From the NCBI GenBank assembly GCA_043745805.1, contig JAYTSD010000017.1, positions 1 through 64,000 of the forward strand: a stretch of DNA of 64,000 nt, read 5' to 3'. Below the pieces are notes generated by a model. It was not told the DNA's origin. It did no database searches and saw only the letters and a program-made list of their open reading frames with translations. A program made the position numbers and the translations under genes. Shown piece after piece: positions 59,701 to 64,000 of this stretch. Source of the stretch: Fibrobacteria bacterium. GTDB lineage: Bacteria; Fibrobacterota; Fibrobacteria; UBA11236. The stretch's first letter is position 1; each line of letters opens with the position of its first letter.

Positions 59701-62700
59701 GCGAGTAGCGGGGATATCGCCTTAACCACAGGTGGCATAACGGGTGCTTTTGGTTTAACCCTGGATGGAACCAGTACAGGGAGTACGGTTACAAGTGTAA
59801 TAGGTACCGGCGCAGGTACGTTAACAAAAGCAGGTGCAGGTAATTGGATTCTTTCCGGATCGAATACTTATACCGGTCTTACTACAATTAGTGTGGGTAC
59901 GCTTAAGTTAGGCGCAGCGGGCGGCGCAACGAATACGCCATTGGGAACGGTGGCTGCGGGAACCGTGGTTTCGGCTACAGCTGCCGCTTTAGATTTGAAT
60001 GGTTATTCATTGGGTACGGCGGAAGGCCTAACCATTAATGGAACCGGTGTATCGAGCGGTGGTGCTTTAACGAATGGATCTGCCTCAGCGGTTGCTTTCA
60101 CTGGAACCATTGCATTAGGTAGTGCAAGTACTATTGCCTCGAATAGTGGAAATATTGTACTTACCACCGGAAATATAACAGGTGCATTCGCTTTAACACT
60201 TACAGGTAGTAATACTGCTAGCAGTATTTCCAATGTAATTGCTATTGGTGCAGGCACTATTACAAAATCCGGTGCTGGAACATGGACTTTATCTGGAACA
60301 AATACTTTTACCGGTTTGACCACGGTTAGTGCTGGAACATTTAATCTTACGGGATCGTTAGGATCGGGCGCTGGTTTAACTGTGAGTGCAGGTGCAGTAA
60401 CAGGTACAGGTACAGTAACAGGTACTGTAACTATTGCCAATGGAGCTACTGTTGCACCAGGCGCTTCCGGCATTGGCACATTAAATACCGGAGCCACCGT
60501 TTTAAATAATACTACGACACTCACTTACACTTTAGGAATTAGCCGCTCAAAAATTGTAGCGACTGGTAATCTTACTTTGGATGGGACTATTAATGTTACC
60601 GCCGGATCAGATTTCGCTCCTGGCAGCTATCCGATCTTAACGTATACGGGAACATTAACCAATAATACCTTGGATGTAGGAACTGTACCTGACGGTTATT
60701 TTGGAACGGTTACGGCTTCGGCAGGTACGGTTTATTTGAATTTAGCGAATTATTCCGGTTGGACTTATGTTACCACGATTAATTTTAATACCACCTCTAC
60801 AGGAGCGAATGTGTCTGGCAATGTGACTAGTTTCCCTATGCTTATTCGCCTTGATTCTAATAATTTCATTTTTGATCAAGCCATGAGTGATGGCCGTGAT
60901 ATCCGTTTTTCGGATGCCGATGGTAGCCCCTTAGTCTATGAAATTGAACGCTGGAGCAGTACTTTAAAAAAAGCTGAAATCTGGGTTTTAGTGCCGCAAG
61001 TGGATGGCAATTCAAAAAGTGATTTTATTAATTTTTACTGGGGTAACTCTTCGGCTACTGCCATGACCAGTAGTGTTAAAGTTTTTGCTTCCACCGCGGG
61101 TTTTGCAGGGGTTTGGCATTTGAATGCTGCCTTTGCCGATGCTTCCTCGAATGTTAATAATGGAACGAATAGTAGTTCCAGCGATACGACTGGTATTATT
61201 GGAAGAGCTCGCGACTTTGCAGTGGGATCGTCTCAGTATGTGGAAGTGCCTTATGCAGCTTCATTAGATTTGTCTAGTTTTACCTTTTCCGCATGGACCA
61301 AGTTAACGACTCCGGGTTCAAATCGTGGAATTATTTCATCATTGTTTGGTGGAAATTATACCTTTGACGCCCAATTACATAACGCTACAGGGATGCATGG
61401 CGATATTGGAAATGGAAGTTCATTTTTAACTTCCGCAGCAGACTATACCACTACTTTAAATGCAGGAGATTGGAATTATGTGACCTGGACTGGAACGGTG
61501 AATGCATGGCAAGTTTACTTGAATGGTGCCTTGGTAGCGAATAGCACTTATGTAGGTACACCCGAATTTATGAAAAGTGGAGAAACACTTCGTATTGGAC
61601 AAACATCTTCCTCAGGATACTTTAGCGGAAGCATTGATGAACCGCGTGTGGATAATGTGGTTCGCAATGCGGATTGGGTTAAATTATCGTATGCGACGCA
61701 AAGATTGAATACTACCACAGTTAATTTTCCCAATACTACTCTTTCTACCTTTGCCTATTCTTCCAAAATTTATGTTAACACCTCGGGGTCGGGTGCCAAT
61801 ATTACCACGGGCCAAACGAATTTTCCACTATTGGTAAGACTATCAAAAGCAAATTTTGATTTCAGTCAAGCGAAAACCGATGGCGGTGACCTGCGCTTTG
61901 CCGATAGCACAGGCGTCCTACTCTCCTATGAAATAGAACGTTTTGATGCTACAAATAAGTTAGCCGAAATTTGGGTATTAATGCCAACCGTAGCGGGAAA
62001 TAATAATTCCCAATGGTTAAAAATGTATTGGGGTAAATCAACCGCTACAAGTTTATCTTCGAGTGGTTCGGTATTTAATTCCACTAATAGTTATAATGGC
62101 GTTTGGCATTTAAAAGAAGATGGTAATACCACTGCAGGTGGTTATGTCGATGCTACACCTTATGGCAATAATGGTACAGGTACGGCATTTACAAATACAT
62201 CTGATGTTACCGGTAATATTGGTATTGGACAAACTTTTACAGGCAGCACTTGGATTGATTGCGGAGGTGGATCGACAGGTTCATCTTTGCATTTTGGTAC
62301 GGCCTATACACTGGAAACTTGGGTAAAAGCCTCCTCAAATGCAAGCAATGATAAAATCTTAATCAAAGCAGCCGCTGCTACAAATACATCCCCTTATCGC
62401 GAATATGAATTGTCCATGCAAACTGCAACTTTTGAAGGGGATGTAACCACTAGTGGATCGGCTTCAACTGTAAATTCCACCACGGCTCCAGCCCTTAGTA
62501 CTTGGTATCATGTGGCCTCTACTTATGATGGAACCAATATTAAAATGTATGTAAATGGAGTTTTAGAAGCCAGTGTTGCCAAATCTGGTGCTCCAAATGA
62601 TTATGCGCGGGCCCTTTGGATTGGAACCGTGGAAGGGAATCATGCTTTAGCCTTCCATGGAATAATTGATGAAGTTAGAGTGGGGAATGCGGCTAGGACG

Positions 62701-64000
62701 GCCGATTGGATTAAACTGAGTTATGAAACACAAAAATCAGGCGCCACCGCAGTTCAATTAGGACAAAGACCAATTGATTTCACAAACTCCACGCGTTTTA
62801 ATTTTAACACCACGGTTACAGGTGCGAATGTTTCGGGAAATGTAACCAATATACCAATACTGATTAATCTAACGTCCTCTAATTTTGATTTTTCCAAGAC
62901 GACCAATACTGGAACCGATATTCAATTCGTCGATAGAGATGGAAGCTATTTATACCATGAAATCGTTGACTGGGATAAAGGAAATAGCACTGGAAAAGTA
63001 TGGGTTAAAGTTCCCCAAGTCGATGGTAATCTCAGTACTGATTTTATTACTTTATATTATGGTTGCTCGGCTTGTACCGCGAGTCCTTATGCCGTTAAGG
63101 ATTCCGTATGGAGTGGTTACAAATCAGTTTTCCATTTGAATGCCCCCGAAGATTTAGCCTATGATGCAACCACCTTAGCTAATCATGGGGCGTATGCCGA
63201 TAATCAATCCAATGTCACCGGTTTAACTGGAAAAAATGCGCTTAACTTCAATGGCACCTCAAATAAAATTGATGTTCCCAATGAAAGTAATTATGACTTT
63301 ACGACTAATATGACAGTATCCGCATGGGTCAAGGTGACTACCTTGACAAAGGCTTGGCAGGCCATTGTAACCAAGGGCGATGGTTCATGGCGTATCATGC
63401 GGAATAATCAAACTAATGGTGCTGAGTTCTCATTAACTAATGGTTCAAATTATGATGCGGCGGGATCTACTAGTATTAATGATGGCAATTGGCATATGTT
63501 AACCGGAACCTATGATGGCACCACTGCAAAATTGTATGTGGATGGCGCGCAAGATGCCTCTTTGGCTGGGCCGGCTAGCATTGCGAATGGTTCTTATGAT
63601 GTAATGATAGGGGAAAATAAGCAAACTACGGGTCGATATTGGGATGGAAATATTAGCGAAGTACGTTTAGCCAATTCCGCAATTGTACAATCTGCGGATT
63701 TCATTAAGCTCAGTTATGAAAATCAAAAATCCACTAGTACACTTTTTTCCACCACAACTTTTTCTACGGCTTCATTCCAAAAGAGTAAAAAATATCAATT
63801 CAATACTACGGCGTCGGGCGCAAATGTTTCTGGCGATATTTATAGTTTTCCAACCTTAATACGAGTGAATACGAATGCGGCTGGGACAGCCACTCCCATT
63901 GTAGATTTAACTCAATCGGCGGGACAAGATATTCGTTTCTTAGCTTCGGACGGGGTAACTTGGTTAGATTATCAAATTGAAAGATGGGATCCTACTCTTG
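50704..64000 (+). CDS. Giant secreted adhesin-like protein (>4,400 aa, 3'-partial): autotransporter-associated beta-strand repeats, then DUF2341-LamG tandem units
   Basis: ATG at 50704 with signal peptide MLKFNVKIYRFFAILFFAFLGIQSVYA; frame open wherever spot-checked up to the last codons (…DYQIERWDPTL); dozens of LTK.G.GT..LSG.NTY.G.T repeats; DIRF...YEIERW and LamG motifs. Confidence 0.92.
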   Translation, partial: MLKFNVKIYRFFAILFFAFLGIQSVYASTRTWSGGSGVDGNWQTSANWDVLPVAGDDLIFAGSTRLTNANNFPNGTSFKSITFAVGSGAWVVTGNDITLSGGATAIAYNLTSANSGSLACNITFSTTAPTITTAASGTGTLTLSGTMATAGYTVTTAVNGATLALTGVVSGTGAISKTVAGILTLSGANTLSGGVTVSAGTLNINHNTALGTGTFAISGGTIDNTSGSTVTCTNNNTENITGNITYTGTGGATLDLGTGTYGDMGDRTWTVSAGVLKMGGQFWHNRNMTKSGNGELYLYGPGDATYGGFDWLYGFNVTAGTLTLVGASTGNIGSGNLDVQSGGTLNINNNTALGLAGSERLKIHSGAIIGNSSGSTITLTNNNQWNMGGSFTFQGPNDLNLGTGAVTWGNGYTITTSAGNLTIGSVLSGANSLTKAGAGNLILSGANSYSGLTTISAGTLKLGATGGGTNTPLGTIAAGTVVSATGAALDLNGYSLGTAEGLTLNGTGVSSGGALTNSSASAATYTGAIVLGSASSIIASSGDINLTTGGITGAFGLTLGGTSTGSTITSIIGSAAGTLSKSGAGTWALSGVNTFTGGSTISAGTISISNGSSLGAPSGVNLLTFTGPGTLAVTSDLTLPNKMLINQSASASTMTIDVASGITLTTVGNIRSDQTGNINYKTGTGTWISSSDCSYCDNGFFIQAGTFEAQVNNAFGDISTDLITMAANTTLRLTTDATVNFQAGIKINGSGVNIIENRITSGAAVTNTVSKLVVNGAYTVNFSAGTNVTSGTPGLTFSNANTLAGATILDVANSPASMLVTYSSTITGTATNLTVQGAGNTTITGAIAITSGTLTKAGTGTLILGGNSTYTGLTTISAGTLKLGATGDATNTPLGTTGAGTVVSATGAALDLNGFSLGTAEGLTLNGTGVSSGGALTNGSGTAATYTGALVLGSASTILSNSGNIVLTTGGITGAFALTLDGSNAASSISGVIGIGAGTVTKAGTGTWTLLGANTYSGATAVNAGSLAAGVVSVANTSGAFGNNSAVTMANVASTVLNITGFNTQIGSLTGGGGTGGNVTLGAATLSIGGDNSSPSAYAGVISGTGALTKIGSGSLTLSGTNTYTGASTISAGTLLVTGSTSSGAVSVTGTLGGSGSMAGALTVNNGGTIQLSAASSTLTLSSATTPTFTATSTLTIYATASTLDKVSLTHATPTFAAGNVALNVDATGLTGTVTGVTIVQTTNASGVTGTFSSITCNNGYTATPHYNAATITLDITVSPMKKYWTGSGTWNAANTNWATSSGGTYNQTFVAGDTAVFEGTAGTVTVSSPNNPGGIIFNVAGYTVSSGTITMANNPTVITATQSGTINSILAGAVGMTKNGANTLTLGGSSTYTGTTTISVGTLKLGATGDATNTPLGTTGAGTSVTSGAALDLGGFALGTAEALTLNGTGVSSGGALMNSGAATTYSGLVTLGSTGVSILGGTGTIALSNVGTITGSGFTLALGGAQGGSITSIIGTGAGTVTKQDAGTWTLSGSSTYTGLTTVSAGTLKLGATGGATNTPLGTTGAGTSVTAGAALDLGGFALGTAEALTLNGTGLSSGGALMNSGAATTYSGLVTLGSTGVSIMGGTGTIALSNVGTITGSGYALTLGGAQGGSITSIIGTVAGTITKQDAGTWTLSGASTYTGATTVNGGTLAAGVITNAFGSNSAVTMADVAGAILNITGYANTIGSVTGGGTTGGNVNLGAAILTVGGDNTSPAAYAGVISGTGDITKTGSGTLSLSGTNTYSGTTTISAGIASAVGTTSAFGTSLLKPNGGTIQVLNNGAGNNGTITFTNNITLNSTNTGTFDVNNNGSNTGNTVVFSSATTNFGNGQLNFTGGNSYNVQITTFKLGAGTGAGTTILNPTTANIYISTITSTTGWVHTLQLDGTSSGNIVSGVFSDGSSVGPVNKTNTSTWILSGANTNTGAITVTAGTLQIGNAGTTGSLSTTSTIANNATLTFNRTNTITQGTDFVSVISGSGALIQNGSGGTLVLNGSNTYTGATTVSAGTLKLGATGGGTNTPLGTTGAGTSVTAGATLDLAGYALGTAEALTLNGTGISSGGALMNSGAATTYSGLVTLGSTGVSILGGTGTIALSNVGTITGSGYALTLGGAQGGSITSIIGTVAGTVTKQDAGIWTLSGSNTYTGLTTISAGTLKLGATGDATNTPLGTTGSGTSVTSGAALDLAGYALGAAEALTLNGTGVSSGGALTNSSGTAATYTGAIVLGSASSIVSSSGDINLITGGITGAFGLTLSGTNTASTVTSVIGIGAGTLTKSGTGTWTLSGINTYTGATAVNAGTLAAGVVSVANTSGAFGNNSAVTMANVASTVLNITGYNTQIGSLTGGGATGGNVTLGAATLTVGGDNTSPSAYAGVISGTGAMTKIGTGTITLGGANTYTGATTVNAGSLAAGVASVANTSGAFGNNSAVTMANVATAILNITGYSTQVGSLTGGGGTGGNVTLGAATLSVGGDNTTPAAYAGVISGTGGFTKIGTGTITLSGANTYSGATTVSVGSLAAGIASVANTSGAFGNNSAVTMANVATAILNITGYNTQVGSLTGGGGTGGNVTLGAVTLSVGGDNTSPAAYAGVISGTGALTKIGTGTFIVSGSNTFSGVTTVSAGTLKLGAAGGVTNTPLGTTAGITSVTSGAALDLGGFALGTAEALTLNGTGISSGGALMNSGAATTYSGLVTLGSTGVSILGGTGTIALSNVGTITGSGYALTLGGTQGGSIISIIGTGTGTLSKQDAGTWTLSGANTYAGATAVNAGTLAAGVVSVANTSGAFGNNSAITMANVASTVLNITGYNTQIGSLTGGGATGGNITLGAATLSIGGDNTSPSVYAGVISGTGTLTKIGTGTFIISGSNTYSGTTTISAGTLKLGATGDATNTPLGTIGAGTVVSATAAALDLNGYSLGTAEGLTLNGTGVSSGGALTNSSASAVTYTGAIVLGSASSIVASSGDIALTTGGITGAFGLTLDGTSTGSTVTSVIGTGAGTLTKAGAGNWILSGSNTYTGLTTISVGTLKLGAAGGATNTPLGTVAAGTVVSATAAALDLNGYSLGTAEGLTINGTGVSSGGALTNGSASAVAFTGTIALGSASTIASNSGNIVLTTGNITGAFALTLTGSNTASSISNVIAIGAGTITKSGAGTWTLSGTNTFTGLTTVSAGTFNLTGSLGSGAGLTVSAGAVTGTGTVTGTVTIANGATVAPGASGIGTLNTGATVLNNTTTLTYTLGISRSKIVATGNLTLDGTINVTAGSDFAPGSYPILTYTGTLTNNTLDVGTVPDGYFGTVTASAGTVYLNLANYSGWTYVTTINFNTTSTGANVSGNVTSFPMLIRLDSNNFIFDQAMSDGRDIRFSDADGSPLVYEIERWSSTLKKAEIWVLVPQVDGNSKSDFINFYWGNSSATAMTSSVKVFASTAGFAGVWHLNAAFADASSNVNNGTNSSSSDTTGIIGRARDFAVGSSQYVEVPYAASLDLSSFTFSAWTKLTTPGSNRGIISSLFGGNYTFDAQLHNATGMHGDIGNGSSFLTSAADYTTTLNAGDWNYVTWTGTVNAWQVYLNGALVANSTYVGTPEFMKSGETLRIGQTSSSGYFSGSIDEPRVDNVVRNADWVKLSYATQRLNTTTVNFPNTTLSTFAYSSKIYVNTSGSGANITTGQTNFPLLVRLSKANFDFSQAKTDGGDLRFADSTGVLLSYEIERFDATNKLAEIWVLMPTVAGNNNSQWLKMYWGKSTATSLSSSGSVFNSTNSYNGVWHLKEDGNTTAGGYVDATPYGNNGTGTAFTNTSDVTGNIGIGQTFTGSTWIDCGGGSTGSSLHFGTAYTLETWVKASSNASNDKILIKAAAATNTSPYREYELSMQTATFEGDVTTSGSASTVNSTTAPALSTWYHVASTYDGTNIKMYVNGVLEASVAKSGAPNDYARALWIGTVEGNHALAFHGIIDEVRVGNAARTADWIKLSYETQKSGATAVQLGQRPIDFTNSTRFNFNTTVTGANVSGNVTNIPILINLTSSNFDFSKTTNTGTDIQFVDRDGSYLYHEIVDWDKGNSTGKVWVKVPQVDGNLSTDFITLYYGCSACTASPYAVKDSVWSGYKSVFHLNAPEDLAYDATTLANHGAYADNQSNVTGLTGKNALNFNGTSNKIDVPNESNYDFTTNMTVSAWVKVTTLTKAWQAIVTKGDGSWRIMRNNQTNGAEFSLTNGSNYDAAGSTSINDGNWHMLTGTYDGTTAKLYVDGAQDASLAGPASIANGSYDVMIGENKQTTGRYWDGNISEVRLANSAIVQSADFIKLSYENQKSTSTLFSTTTFSTASFQKSKKYQFNTTASGANVSGDIYSFPTLIRVNTNAAGTATPIVDLTQSAGQDIRFLASDGVTWLDYQIERWDPTL

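Noticed and set aside
51024-63139. Many short ORFs in the track within the giant gene (mostly minus strand, Pro/Val/Ala-rich)
   Set aside because: Antisense or off-frame shadows of Gly/Thr/Ala-rich repeats in the giant ORF.

Overview
Bacterial DNA, AT-rich by eye, most likely Fibrobacterota: it carries a TIGR02147-family gene, T9SS-like C-terminal tails and Glt-like TPR genes. (1) About 1-11,300 is a decaying accessory region. It holds the start of an IS3-family element, three toxin-antitoxin modules (DUF4160/DUF2442 with a broken toxin, BrnTA, AbiE-like type IV), and a minus-strand run of small genes separated by whole or half attC-like sites, one encoding a proteasome-beta-like Thr-nucleophile protein. 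It also has REP-like hairpins, a tmRNA/tRNA 3' fragment that may be an att scar, a fragmented di-haem oxidoreductase gene and an orphan PEP-CTERM-like tail. (2) About 11,300-41,000 is envelope and housekeeping genes: CsgG-PEGA/PorV-like operon, GT4 pair plus DUF2334, lpoB, cheX, tatD, RidA, pssA and a two-component system. It includes a GH17 + 2x GH18 locus built around a TIGR02147/lipoprotein pair. (3) About 41,200-50,500 is an operon of an HTH gene, two predicted barrels, two large TPR proteins and a GltF/CglF-like gene. (4) 50,704 to the window end is one giant ORF (>4,400 aa) missing from the ORF track, made of modular autotransporter-associated beta-strand repeats followed by tandem DUF2341-LamG units. 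All family calls come from motif recognition by eye, not database searches.
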